NCBI GenBank assembly: GCA_963757355.1
Contig: CAVWRG010000003.1
Coordinates: 2,465,550 to 2,529,549, forward strand
Length of the DNA: 64,000 nt
Origin: an uncultured Acidobacteriota bacterium
GTDB lineage: Bacteria; Acidobacteriota; Vicinamibacteria; Vicinamibacterales; CAVVIG01
Direction: 5' to 3'
Positions 1 through 9,880 of the stretch are shown one piece after another (the stretch's first letter is position 1; every line of letters begins with the position of its first letter). The notes beneath the pieces were generated by a model. The model was given only the letters and a program-made list of their open reading frames with translations. It searched no databases and had not been told where the DNA came from. A program made the position numbers and the translations under genes.

Positions 1-113
1 CGCTGGTCGCCAACACCGAGCTCGATGCGCGGGCCATCGCCGAAAAATCGATGTTGATCGCCGGCGAGATCTGTATCTACACCAACGGTACAATCGTCGT
101 CGAAGAGTTGTAG
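1..113 (+). CDS. hslV: HslV protease subunit, C-terminal fragment (gene begins upstream of window)
   Basis: Open frame from window edge reads ...[36 protein letters not shown] with stop TAG 111-113. It lies 27 nt upstream of hslU, the canonical hslVU pair. Confidence 0.8.
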   Translation, partial: LVANTELDARAIAEKSMLIAGEICIYTNGTIVVEEL

Positions 114-140
114 CGCGGAAAAAAAAGAGAAAAAAGGGTC

Positions 141-1514
<1,374 letters not shown>

Positions 1515-1521
1515 ACAATCT

Positions 1522-1585
1522 GAAAAAGGGGCCGTACCCCTTTTTCGCGTCGGGCCGCCTGAAAAAGGGGTACGGCCCCTTTTTG
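1522..1585. repeat. Paired palindromic mini-element (arm GAAAAAGGGGCCGTACCCCTTTTTC 1522-1546; reverse-complement arm GAAAAAGGGGTACGGCCCCTTTTTG 1561-1585)
   Basis: Each arm is a hairpin (A5G4-CCGTA-C4T5). The arms are mutual reverse complements 14 nt apart. The element begins 8 nt after the hslU stop, so it also resembles a bidirectional intrinsic terminator. Related copies are at 41111, 44291, 51322 and 53296. Confidence 0.9.
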
Positions 1586-2824
1586 CGGGGCGCCCAGACG
1601 CCGCAGGGTACGTCGTGCGCCGCGATCGCGGCGTTGGTGCTGGTGGTGCTGTGTGCGGGCTGCGGCAAGAAAGGGCCACCGCTCCCGCCGCTGCTGCATT
1701 TGCCCGCAGCGCCCGCCGACGTGGCCGCGACGCGGCGCGGCAATCAGGTCGTCGTCGAGTTGACCGTGCCGAGCGCGAATACGGACAACACGCGGCCGGC
1801 CAACGTCGAGCAGGTGGAGGTCTACGGCATCACCACGTCCGGCGACGTCAGCGACGAACAGCTGATCAAACGCGGCACGAAATTGGGCCAGGTCGCGGTG
1901 AAGGCGCCGCGCGATCCGAACGACACGGCCGAACCGGACGAGAGCATGGCCGACGTGGAGCCGCCGGTCGGCAGCGGGCTCGATCAGGGAGCGCGCGCGA
2001 GCGTCGAGGAGGAGCTGGCGGCTGCCTCGTTGGTCCCGGTGGACGTCACCCTGGCCGGCAAGCGCCGCCCGAAAGCCGACGCCAACGCGGAAGGGCCGCT
2101 GCTTGGTCCCGCCCCCCGCGTGCTGACGCGCACGTACGGCGGCGTCGGCGTCAACACGAGGGGAAAACACGGCCCCGTATCGCACCGCGTCAATGTGCCG
2201 CTCGTGCCCGCGCCGTCGCCACCGTCGCCGCCGGCGATCAGCTATGACGAGACGACGATCACCCTGACGTGGAGCCCCGCGGCGGTCGTGGAGGGCGTGC
2301 TGCCGTCCTATCCACTCGGCGGCACGGCACCGACCCTGGCGTATCAGGTGTACGAAGTGCCGAAGGCGCCCGCACCGGAAGTGCGCCTCACCAAAGCGCC
2401 GATTGCGGAGACGCAGTTTCACGATGCCTCCGTGACCTTTGGAGCCGAGCGATGCTTTGCCGTGCGGACGGTTGCGACCATGGGGCCGTTGAGTGTGGAG
2501 AGCGACGAAGCGCCGCCCAAGTGCGTGACGCCGAAAGATACGTTTCCGCCAGCCGCGCCGAAAGGACTGGGCGGCGTCGCCAGCGAGGGCGCCATCAGCC
2601 TGATTTGGGAGGCGAACAGTGAAAAGGATCTCGCCGGCTATCTCGTGCTGCGGGGCGAGGCTCCAGGCGAGATTTTAGAGCCGATCACACCGGCGCCGAT
2701 TCAGGCGACGATTTTCAACGACATCGTGCCGGCCGGCGTGCGCTACGTGTACGCCATCGTCGCCGTGGACACGGCGGGGAACAAGAGCGCGCCGTCGAAT
2801 CGGTTCGAAGAAGCCGCGCGCTGA
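1583..2824 (+). CDS. Lipoprotein with fibronectin type III-like C-terminal domain
   Basis: A TTG start at 1583 gives MRGAQTPQGTSCAAIAALVLVVLCAG|C, a signal peptide plus lipobox. The C-terminal ...ISLIWEANSEKDLAGYLVLRG...YVYAIVAVDTAGNKSAPS is FN3-like. The track start at 1511 would translate the palindromic repeat, so the start is uncertain. Confidence 0.6.
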   Translation: MRGAQTPQGTSCAAIAALVLVVLCAGCGKKGPPLPPLLHLPAAPADVAATRRGNQVVVELTVPSANTDNTRPANVEQVEVYGITTSGDVSDEQLIKRGTKLGQVAVKAPRDPNDTAEPDESMADVEPPVGSGLDQGARASVEEELAAASLVPVDVTLAGKRRPKADANAEGPLLGPAPRVLTRTYGGVGVNTRGKHGPVSHRVNVPLVPAPSPPSPPAISYDETTITLTWSPAAVVEGVLPSYPLGGTAPTLAYQVYEVPKAPAPEVRLTKAPIAETQFHDASVTFGAERCFAVRTVATMGPLSVESDEAPPKCVTPKDTFPPAAPKGLGGVASEGAISLIWEANSEKDLAGYLVLRGEAPGEILEPITPAPIQATIFNDIVPAGVRYVYAIVAVDTAGNKSAPSNRFEEAAR

Positions 2825-2911
2825 GTCGAGGGACGACCACGAGCGAGCGGTTCGACGGCTCATCCCCGAGTGCTATAGGTAGTTGGCGCCCGGCGCACTA
2901 GAATATCCGCC

Positions 2912-3682
2912 ATGGAACGAGAGCGTATTTATCGAGTGCAACAGAACGGCGAGGTGTTTCACGCGATTGAGCGCGGCGGCGAGCTGCGCCGCGCAGCCGG
3001 AAATATTTTCGAGACCCGCGCCACCGGCGCGGTGATTCCCGGCGGTCTCGGCGGCGTGCGCGTGCTGGCGCCGGTGATGCCGTCGAAGATCGTCTGCGTG
3101 GGGCTCAACTACAAGGATCACGCGGCGGAGACGGGCAAGCCGCTGCCGGCCGAGCCGCTGATTTTCATCAAGCCGTCGACCGCGGTGATTGGACCGGGCG
3201 ATCCGATCCGTCTACCGCCCGGCGTCGGCCGCGTCGATCACGAAGCCGAGCTCGGCATCGTCATCGGCACGCGCGCCCACCGGGTGCCGCGCGCGAAGGC
3301 GTGGGATTATATTCTCGGGCTCATCTGTGTGAACGACGTGACCGCGCGCGATCTGCAGAACAAGGAATCGCAGTACACGCGCTGTAAAGGCTTCGACACG
3401 TTCGCGCCGATCGGGCCGTGCATCGCCACCGGGCTGAACGGCGAGCCGCGCGGCGTCGAGGGATGGGTCAACCGCGAGCGCCGCCAGGCGTCGAGCACGC
3501 AGCACTTGATCTTTCCCATCGAGCAGCTGGTCGAGTTCGTGACATTCGTGATGACGCTCGAACCGGGCGACATCATCTCCACCGGCACGCCGGAAGGCAT
3601 CGGGCCGCTGAAGCCAGGCGACTCTGTCAAGGTCGTCGTCGAGGGTGTCGGGGAGCTGATCAATCCTGTGCAAGACGAGTAA
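2912..3682 (+). CDS. Fumarylacetoacetate hydrolase (FAH) family protein
   Basis: 256-aa ORF with VCVGLNYKDHAAE...IFIKPSTAVIGPGDPI...VDHEAELGIVIG...GDIISTGTPEGIG, the FAH-family signature pattern. Confidence 0.85.
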   Translation: MERERIYRVQQNGEVFHAIERGGELRRAAGNIFETRATGAVIPGGLGGVRVLAPVMPSKIVCVGLNYKDHAAETGKPLPAEPLIFIKPSTAVIGPGDPIRLPPGVGRVDHEAELGIVIGTRAHRVPRAKAWDYILGLICVNDVTARDLQNKESQYTRCKGFDTFAPIGPCIATGLNGEPRGVEGWVNRERRQASSTQHLIFPIEQLVEFVTFVMTLEPGDIISTGTPEGIGPLKPGDSVKVVVEGVGELINPVQDE

Positions 3683-3686
3683 CTCT

Positions 3687-3760
3687 CCACCATGGAGGAC
3701 ACGGCGGACACAGCGGAAAAGATACGTTCGGAATTTTTGCCTCCGTGTCCTCTGTGGTCG
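3687..3760. repeat. Inverted short-unit hairpin element, GGACACGG family
   Basis: Left arm CCACCATGGAGGACACGGCGGACACAGCGG and right arm CCTCCGTGTCCTCTGTGGTCG are largely complementary. The element fills the spacer between the FAH gene and the transaldolase gene. Confidence 0.75.
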
Positions 3761-3804
3761 CGAGTTTTGGGCAGAGGGGTTCGACCGAAGTAAGGGGATG
3801 TGAC

Positions 3805-4458
3805 ATGAAACTCTTCATCGATTCTGGCAACATCAAAGACATCCAGACGCTCGCCGACATCGGGATCATCGATGGCGTCACGACGAACCCGTCGCTGCTC
3901 GCCAAAGAGCCGGGCGACTACCGCGCGAACTTGAAGAAGATCTGCCAGATCGTCAAAGGGCCCGTGAGCGGGGAAGTCACCGCGACCGATTTCGCCGGGA
4001 TGATGACCCAGGGCCACGACATCGCGACGATCGACGAGCACATGATCGTCAAAGTGCCGCTCACGCGCGATGGCATCAAGGCGTGCAAGGCGCTGTCGGG
4101 CGAGAAGATCCGCGTCAACGTGACGCTCTGTTTTTCGGCGGCGCAGGCGCTCCTCGCCGCGAAGGCCGGCGCGACGTTCATCAGCCCATTCGTCGGACGC
4201 CTCGACGATGTCGGTACGACCGGGATGGATCTGGTTCGTGAGATCGTGGAGATCTACGACAACTACGAGTTCCCGACGGAAGTGCTCGTCGCCAGCTGCC
4301 GCAATCCGATCCACGTGATCGACGCGGCGCGGATGGGCGCGGATGTCGCCACTTGTCCGCCCGCGGTGATCGATCAGCTGTTCAACCATCCGCTCACGAA
4401 TATCGGCCTCGAAAAATTCCTGAAGGACTGGGAGAAATCGCAGGCGGTGAAAGCATAG
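3805..4458 (+). CDS. tal: Transaldolase / fructose-6-phosphate aldolase (short ~217-aa class)
   Basis: ATG 3805 gives [13 protein letters not shown]...[13 protein letters not shown]...[16 protein letters not shown]...[32 protein letters not shown], the canonical short transaldolase family. Confidence 0.9.
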   Translation: MKLFIDSGNIKDIQTLADIGIIDGVTTNPSLLAKEPGDYRANLKKICQIVKGPVSGEVTATDFAGMMTQGHDIATIDEHMIVKVPLTRDGIKACKALSGEKIRVNVTLCFSAAQALLAAKAGATFISPFVGRLDDVGTTGMDLVREIVEIYDNYEFPTEVLVASCRNPIHVIDAARMGADVATCPPAVIDQLFNHPLTNIGLEKFLKDWEKSQAVKA

Positions 4459-4487
4459 GGGCGAGGCTCGGGTCGACCAAATCTCCC

Positions 4488-6029
4488 ATGAATCCAGAAG
4501 AGACGCTTGCCGACCTCGAACACCGCGCGGAGCTGGGCGGTGGACAGGACCGCCTCGATCGCCATCGGGCCGCCGGCAAGCTGACGGCGCGCGAGCGGAT
4601 CGAGCTGCTGTTCGATCCGGGCACATTCGAAGAGGTCGACAAGCTCGTCACCCATCGCTGCCGTGATTTCGGCATGGCCGCGCAGGTCGTGCCCGGCGAC
4701 GGCGTGGTTGCGGGCCATGGGCTCGTCGAGGGACGGCAGGTCTTCGCGTTCGCGCAGGACTTCACCGTCTTCGGCGGATCGCTGTCGGAGACCAACGCCG
4801 CGAAGATCGTGAAGATCATGGATCTGGCGATGAAGCTCGGATCGCCGGTCGTGGGGCTGAACGACTCGGGCGGCGCGCGCATCCAGGAAGGGGTGATGTC
4901 GCTCGGCGGCTACGCCGACATTTTCCTCCGCAACACGCTGTCGTCCGGCGTCATCCCGCAGATCTCGGCGATCATGGGCCCGTGCGCCGGCGGGGCTGTC
5001 TATTCGCCGGCAATCACCGATTTCACGGTGATGGTGAAGAACACGAGCTACATGTTCGTGACCGGCCCGGACGTGATCAAAACGGTCACGCACGAGGAGG
5101 TCTCGAAGGAAGAGCTGGGCGGCGCGATGACGCACAACGTGAAGAGCGGCGTCGCCCACTTCGCCGTGGAGGACGATCGCGAATGCCTCGCGTTGATCCG
5201 CGATCTGCTGTCGTTCCTGCCCTCGAACAATCTGGACGATCCGCCGCGGGCGCAGCTCGAGGATCAGCCGGATCGCGAGGATGCGTCGCTCGATCACCTG
5301 GTGCCGGCGTCGCCGAATCAGCCGTACGACATGCTCGATCTGATTCACACGATTGCCGACGAGAACTACTTCCTCGAGATCCATCAGCACTACGCGAAGA
5401 ACATCATCGTCGGCTTTGCCCGCCTCGACGGGCGTCCGGTGGGCATCGTCGCGAACCAGCCGGCGGTGCTCGCCGGGACGCTCGACATCGACGCGTCGGT
5501 GAAGGGGGCGCGCTTCGTGCGCTTCTGCGACGCGTTCAACATCCCGCTGGTGACGTTCGAGGACGTGCCGGGGTTCATGCCGGGCACCGTCCAGGAGTTC
5601 GGCGGCATCATCCGGCATGGGGCGAAGCTGCTGTTCGCCTTCGCGGAGGCGACCGTGCCGAAGGTGACGGTCATCACGCGCAAAGCGTACGGCGGCGCGT
5701 ACTGCGTCATGTCGAGCAAGCACATTCGAACGGACTTCAACTATGCGTGGCCGACCGCCGAAATCGCGGTGATGGGACCCGAGGGCGCCGTCAACATCCT
5801 CTACAAACGCGAGCTCGAGGCGGCGGCCGATGCAATTGCCGCGCGCGCGGAGAAGGTGTCGGAGTTCCGCGAGAAGTTCGCGAACCCCTACATTGCCGCC
5901 TCGCGCGGTTTCGTGGACGAGGTGATTCATCCGCGCGAGACGCGGCGCAAGCTGATCACCGCGCTGAGGAATCTGGAAAATAAGCGCGACAAGAACCCGG
6001 CGAAGAAACACGGGAACATTCCACTGTGA
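4488..6029 (+). CDS. Acyl-CoA carboxylase carboxyltransferase (beta) subunit, propionyl-CoA carboxylase beta-like
   Basis: ATG 4488 gives [13 protein letters not shown]...[20 protein letters not shown]...[13 protein letters not shown]...[13 protein letters not shown]. This is the carboxyltransferase domain pattern. The antisense 557-aa ORF is rejected. Confidence 0.9.
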   Translation: MNPEETLADLEHRAELGGGQDRLDRHRAAGKLTARERIELLFDPGTFEEVDKLVTHRCRDFGMAAQVVPGDGVVAGHGLVEGRQVFAFAQDFTVFGGSLSETNAAKIVKIMDLAMKLGSPVVGLNDSGGARIQEGVMSLGGYADIFLRNTLSSGVIPQISAIMGPCAGGAVYSPAITDFTVMVKNTSYMFVTGPDVIKTVTHEEVSKEELGGAMTHNVKSGVAHFAVEDDRECLALIRDLLSFLPSNNLDDPPRAQLEDQPDREDASLDHLVPASPNQPYDMLDLIHTIADENYFLEIHQHYAKNIIVGFARLDGRPVGIVANQPAVLAGTLDIDASVKGARFVRFCDAFNIPLVTFEDVPGFMPGTVQEFGGIIRHGAKLLFAFAEATVPKVTVITRKAYGGAYCVMSSKHIRTDFNYAWPTAEIAVMGPEGAVNILYKRELEAAADAIAARAEKVSEFREKFANPYIAASRGFVDEVIHPRETRRKLITALRNLENKRDKNPAKKHGNIPL

Positions 6030-6086
6030 AATTGGTGAATTGGTCAATTGGTGAGTTGGTGAGTTCGTGAATTGGCGAGTTGCTGA
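6030..6086. repeat. One-armed tandem octamer array, TTGGTGAG family (7 units)
   Basis: AATTGGTG AATTGGTC AATTGGTG AGTTGGTG AGTTCGTG AATTGGCG AGTTGCTG. It runs from the stop of the carboxyltransferase gene to the GTG start of the amidase gene. Confidence 0.85.
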
Positions 6087-7661
6087 GTGATCCGTAGATT
6101 TCTCGAGCCGTCGATCGGCGCCGGATTACTGGCGCTCGCGTTTCTCGCGAGCGCGGCGGCGCAGGCGCCTTCGCCTGCTCGCTTCGTGCTCGAAGAGACA
6201 ACGATCGCGCAGATCGAGGCGGCCCTTCACGGCGGCTCGCTGACCTGTCGTGCGCTCGTCGAGCAGTATCTCCGCCGCATCGAGGCCTACGACAAGAATG
6301 GCGCGGCGCTGAACGCCATCGTGCTGCTGAATCCCGGCGCACTGAAGGTCGCCGACGATCTCGATCGGCGCTTCACGCAGTCGGGTCCCGTCGGACCGCT
6401 GCACTGCGTGCCGATCATCGCCAAGGATAACTACGAAACCGCCGAGATGCCGACGACGGCCGGGTCGCTGTCGTTGAAGGGCATGAGCACGGGCAAGGAC
6501 GCGTTCGTGGTGAAGCGGCTGCGCGCGGCAGGCGCGGTCTTCATCGCGAAGTCGAACATGGCCGAGTTCGCGTTCAGTCCGATCGAGACGGTCAATTCGA
6601 TCCTGCCCGGCTACACGCGCAACCCGTACGACACGTCACGCGTCACCGCGGGATCGAGCGGCGGATCCGCCGCGGCGGAAGCCGCAAATTTCACCGCTGT
6701 CGCCCTGGCGAGCGACACGGGCGATTCGATCCGCGGCCCCGCCGCGCACCAGGCGCTCGTCGGCCTGCGATCGACCATGGGCCTGGTCAGTCGCGCGGGC
6801 GTCGTGCCGCTGAATCTGGCCGCCGACGTCGCCGGCGCCCTGACGAGAACGGTCGCCGACACCGCTGCCATTCTTCAGGCGATTGCCGGCCCGGATCCCG
6901 ATGATCCCGCGACGACTGCAGGGCGTGGACACGTCGACGCCAATTACGCCGCGGCCCTGAAGCTCGACGGCCTGAAGGGCGCGCGCATCGGCGTGCTGCA
7001 CCAGGCGTACGACACCCCGACACTCGATCCCGACGTGGCGCAGGTGTTTCAGCAAGCGCTTGGCGAGCTGCAGCGCGAAGGCGCCATCGTCGTCGATCCG
7101 GTGGCAGTCGACGGCTTCGAGGCCATGCGTGGGGCGCAGTCGGGCGGCTGCAACCGCTTCAAGTACGACCTGAACGGGTATCTCACGTCGCTCGGCGACA
7201 AGGCGCCGATGCACTCGCTGGCGGAGATTATCAAGTCGCGCCGCTATCACCCCTCCATTCAAGCGCGGCTCGAGAGCGCGGAAGCGGCCAACGATGTGCC
7301 CGGCGTCACCCCGGGCTGCAAGGCGAACGACGAGTATCGCGAGAAGCTGCGGGCGGGCGTCCTGAAGCTGATGGACGATCGGCACCTGGACGCGCTCGCC
7401 TATCCCACGTGGAGCAATGTGCCGCGCCTGATTGGCGATCTGAATACGCCTGGCGGCGACAACAGCCAGGTCTTTTCGCCCGGCACCGGCTTCCCCGCGA
7501 TCACGGTGCCGATGGGCTTCACGCGAAGCGGCACGCTCCCCGCGGGTCTCCAGCTGCTGGGCCGCGCGTGGAGCGAGACGACGCTCCTCCGGCTGGCGTA
7601 CGCCTATGAGCAGGCGACGCAGCACCGTCACCCGCCCGCGTCGACGCCGCCGCTGCGCTAA
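6087..7661 (+). CDS. Amidase (amidase-signature family), secreted
   Basis: N-terminal signal peptide ...LALAFLASAAAQAP. It carries the AS motif ...VTAGSSGGSAAAEA... and KDNYETAEMPTTAGS. Confidence 0.85.
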   Translation: MIRRFLEPSIGAGLLALAFLASAAAQAPSPARFVLEETTIAQIEAALHGGSLTCRALVEQYLRRIEAYDKNGAALNAIVLLNPGALKVADDLDRRFTQSGPVGPLHCVPIIAKDNYETAEMPTTAGSLSLKGMSTGKDAFVVKRLRAAGAVFIAKSNMAEFAFSPIETVNSILPGYTRNPYDTSRVTAGSSGGSAAAEAANFTAVALASDTGDSIRGPAAHQALVGLRSTMGLVSRAGVVPLNLAADVAGALTRTVADTAAILQAIAGPDPDDPATTAGRGHVDANYAAALKLDGLKGARIGVLHQAYDTPTLDPDVAQVFQQALGELQREGAIVVDPVAVDGFEAMRGAQSGGCNRFKYDLNGYLTSLGDKAPMHSLAEIIKSRRYHPSIQARLESAEAANDVPGVTPGCKANDEYREKLRAGVLKLMDDRHLDALAYPTWSNVPRLIGDLNTPGGDNSQVFSPGTGFPAITVPMGFTRSGTLPAGLQLLGRAWSETTLLRLAYAYEQATQHRHPPASTPPLR

Positions 7662-7719
7662 ACTAGATTCAACATTTGCGTAGGCGGTGGACCTGTGTGT
7701 CCGCCGGGGCCGACACTAC

Positions 7720-7772
7720 TTACCACGGAGGACACGGTGGACGGAGGTCCTCTGTGTCCTCTGTGGTGGAGA
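7720..7772. repeat. Inverted short-unit hairpin element, GGACACGG family
   Basis: TACCACGGAGGACACGGTGGACGGAGG | TCCTCTGTGTCCTCTGTGGTGGA. It lies immediately upstream of, and overlapping, the probable accC start. Confidence 0.75.
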
Positions 7773-9307
7773 GTTTTCCTCTGAAAAAAATTCTGATCGC
7801 CAACCGCGGCGAAATCGCGGTGCGTATTGCCCGCGCGTGCCGCGAGATGGGTCTCTCGCCCATCGCCGTCTATTCCGAGTGCGATCGTTCGGCGCTCCAC
7901 GTGCGTTTCGCCGACGAGGCGTATCCGATCGGAGCGAGCGCGCCGCGTGAAAGCTATCTCCGCATCGATCGCCTGATTGACGCCGCCCGCCGGTCGGGCG
8001 CGGACGCGGTTCATCCGGGTTACGGCTTTCTCGCCGAGAACGAAGACTTCGCGGCGGCGGTGCGCGATGCGGGCTTGACCTTCATCGGCCCGACGCCGGA
8101 GGCGATCGCGCTGATGGGCAGCAAGACCGCGGCGCGTGCGGCGGCGAAACGCGCCGGCGTGCCGGTCGTTCCAGGGACTGAAGATCCGCTGCCGGCGGAG
8201 GTCACCGACGTGGAGATGGCGCGCGTGGCGGGTGCCGTCGGCTATCCGCTGCTGGTCAAAGCGGTCGCCGGCGGCGGCGGCAAGGGCATGCGCACGGTGC
8301 GCGAGGCGGCGGAGCTGGCCGGCGCCGTGCGCGCGGCGCGCTCCGAAGCGGGTGCGGCATTCGGCGACACCGCGGTCTATCTCGAGCGGCAGCTCATCCG
8401 GCCCCGCCATATCGAAGTGCAACTGCTCGGCGATCAGCACGGCACCGTGCTGCCGTTCGTCGAGCGCGAATGCTCGATTCAGCGTCGCCATCAGAAGGTC
8501 GTCGAGGAGACGCCGTCGCTCGCCGTCAGCCCCGCGCTGCGCGCTGAGATGACGGCCGCCGCGGCCGCCGTCGCGCGCACAGTCGGCTACACGAACGCCG
8601 GCACGATCGAATTCCTGCTCGACGAGGACGGCCGCTTCTACTTCCTCGAGATGAACACGCGGCTGCAGGTCGAGCACCCGATCACCGAGATGGTCAGCGG
8701 CGTCGATCTCGTGCGCTGGCAGATTCGGATCGCGCGCGGCGAGCGGCTCGACCTGTCTCCCGAACGCCTCCTGACGCCCTCCGGCCACGCGATCGAATGC
8801 CGCATCTACGCGGAAGATCCCGACAACAGCTTCCTGCCGTCGCCCGGCCGGATTCTGCAGCTGCGGGCGCCTGCGGGCCCCGGTATCCGCGACGATAGCG
8901 GTGCGACGGCCGGCCTCGACGTCCCGATTTTTTACGATCCGATGATCTCGAAGCTGATCGCCTGGGCGGAAGACCGGCCGCTGGCGGTCGCGCGCATGCG
9001 CCGTGCGCTCGGCGAATACATCGTCGCGGGGATCAGGACGACCGTGCCGTTCTTCATGTGGCTGTTGGCCCAGCCGGAATTCCTGGAGTCGCGATTTCAC
9101 ACGACGTATTTGGACGAGGTTCTGAAAGCGCGCGAAGGGCGACCCTTCGTCGAGCCCGGCCCGGCCGACGAGGAGATTGCGATGATCGCGGCGGCCATTC
9201 AAACGCTGTTGTCGCCGGCGGCGGTGGCCGCGGCATCGCAGGCGGGCGAGGGCCAACTTTCAACGCGACGGTGGAAGGCCCGGGCGCGCGCCGAAGGGCT
9301 CTCCTGA
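7766..9307 (+). CDS. accC: Biotin carboxylase subunit of acetyl/acyl-CoA carboxylase
   Basis: ...KKILIANRGEIAVRIARACREMG..., the ATP-grasp GGGGKGMR, and EMNTRLQVEHPITE. The start is uncertain. GTG 7766 is chosen because the track start at 7676 lies in the repeat region. Confidence 0.9.
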   Translation: MESFPLKKILIANRGEIAVRIARACREMGLSPIAVYSECDRSALHVRFADEAYPIGASAPRESYLRIDRLIDAARRSGADAVHPGYGFLAENEDFAAAVRDAGLTFIGPTPEAIALMGSKTAARAAAKRAGVPVVPGTEDPLPAEVTDVEMARVAGAVGYPLLVKAVAGGGGKGMRTVREAAELAGAVRAARSEAGAAFGDTAVYLERQLIRPRHIEVQLLGDQHGTVLPFVERECSIQRRHQKVVEETPSLAVSPALRAEMTAAAAAVARTVGYTNAGTIEFLLDEDGRFYFLEMNTRLQVEHPITEMVSGVDLVRWQIRIARGERLDLSPERLLTPSGHAIECRIYAEDPDNSFLPSPGRILQLRAPAGPGIRDDSGATAGLDVPIFYDPMISKLIAWAEDRPLAVARMRRALGEYIVAGIRTTVPFFMWLLAQPEFLESRFHTTYLDEVLKAREGRPFVEPGPADEEIAMIAAAIQTLLSPAAVAAASQAGEGQLSTRRWKARARAEGLS

Positions 9308-9880
9308 ATGCAGTACGAGATCGAGATCGGCGGGCGCATACGGCAGGTGGCGGTGACGCGCACAGGCGATCAGTTCACCGTCTCGGTGGACGGGCGCACC
9401 GCGCACGTGAATGCGACGCGCATCGACGCGCACACGATGTCGTTGTTGATCGATGATGCCTCGTCCGTAGTGTCCGGTTTCCCTGCGACTTCGCGCGGGG
9501 CAAGCAGCGGGAGTGCAGGCATCAGCGGCAGCCACGAGGTCACGATCGCGACCGACCCTGTGACGCGCCAGCTCACGATCCGCGTCGGTACCATGCCGAT
9601 ATCGGTCAGCCTCAACGGCCGCCGCCGCTGGGGCCGGAAGGACGATGGCGGCCACACGACCGCCGGTCCGCAGCGCGTCGTCGCGCCGATGCCGGGGAAG
9701 ATCGTACGAGTGCTCGTCAAGCCTGGCGACCCGGTTCGCGCCCGCCAAGGGCTGGTGGTCATCGAAGCAATGAAGATGGAGAATGAGCTGCGCGCTGCGC
9801 GCGACGGCACGGTGACCGAGGTGCAAGCCCGGGAAGCGATGTCGGTTGACGCCGGTACCGTGCTCGTCGTTATCGCATGA
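9308..9880 (+). CDS. Biotin/lipoyl-attachment (BCCP-like) protein
   Basis: C-terminal VVAPMPGKIVRVLVKPGDPV...GLVVIEAMKMENELRA contains the AMKM biotinylation motif. The ATG lies 1 nt after the accC stop. Confidence 0.8.
   Translation: MQYEIEIGGRIRQVAVTRTGDQFTVSVDGRTAHVNATRIDAHTMSLLIDDASSVVSGFPATSRGASSGSAGISGSHEVTIATDPVTRQLTIRVGTMPISVSLNGRRRWGRKDDGGHTTAGPQRVVAPMPGKIVRVLVKPGDPVRARQGLVVIEAMKMENELRAARDGTVTEVQAREAMSVDAGTVLVVIA

Noticed and set aside
4374-6047. Long antisense or alternative-frame ORFs throughout the track (for example 4374-6047 -, 7658-9256 -, 11050-13572 -, 23990-26851 -, 46573-49056 +, 53123-54916 +, 1082-2422 -).
   Set aside because: They lie opposite or out of frame to genes with clear family motifs. 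Their translations are Arg/Ala/Gly/Pro-rich low-complexity sequence, which is typical of stop-codon-poor high-GC DNA.
6030-6086. Repeat-encoded peptides such as TNSPIHQFTNSPI, GIRDSGFGIRD and HEEHEGR as real repeat proteins.
   Set aside because: They appear only in short spurious ORFs confined to intergenic arrays, in any frame and on either strand. The exceptions are the in-frame segments inside established genes, which are reported separately.
4488-9880. An amidase gene embedded between the carboxyltransferase and biotin carboxylase/BCCP genes as a novel pathway.
   Set aside because: The amidase is a secreted enzyme flanked by repeat-filled spacers, so it is probably an unrelated neighbour. 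Nothing in the sequence links it functionally to the carboxylase.
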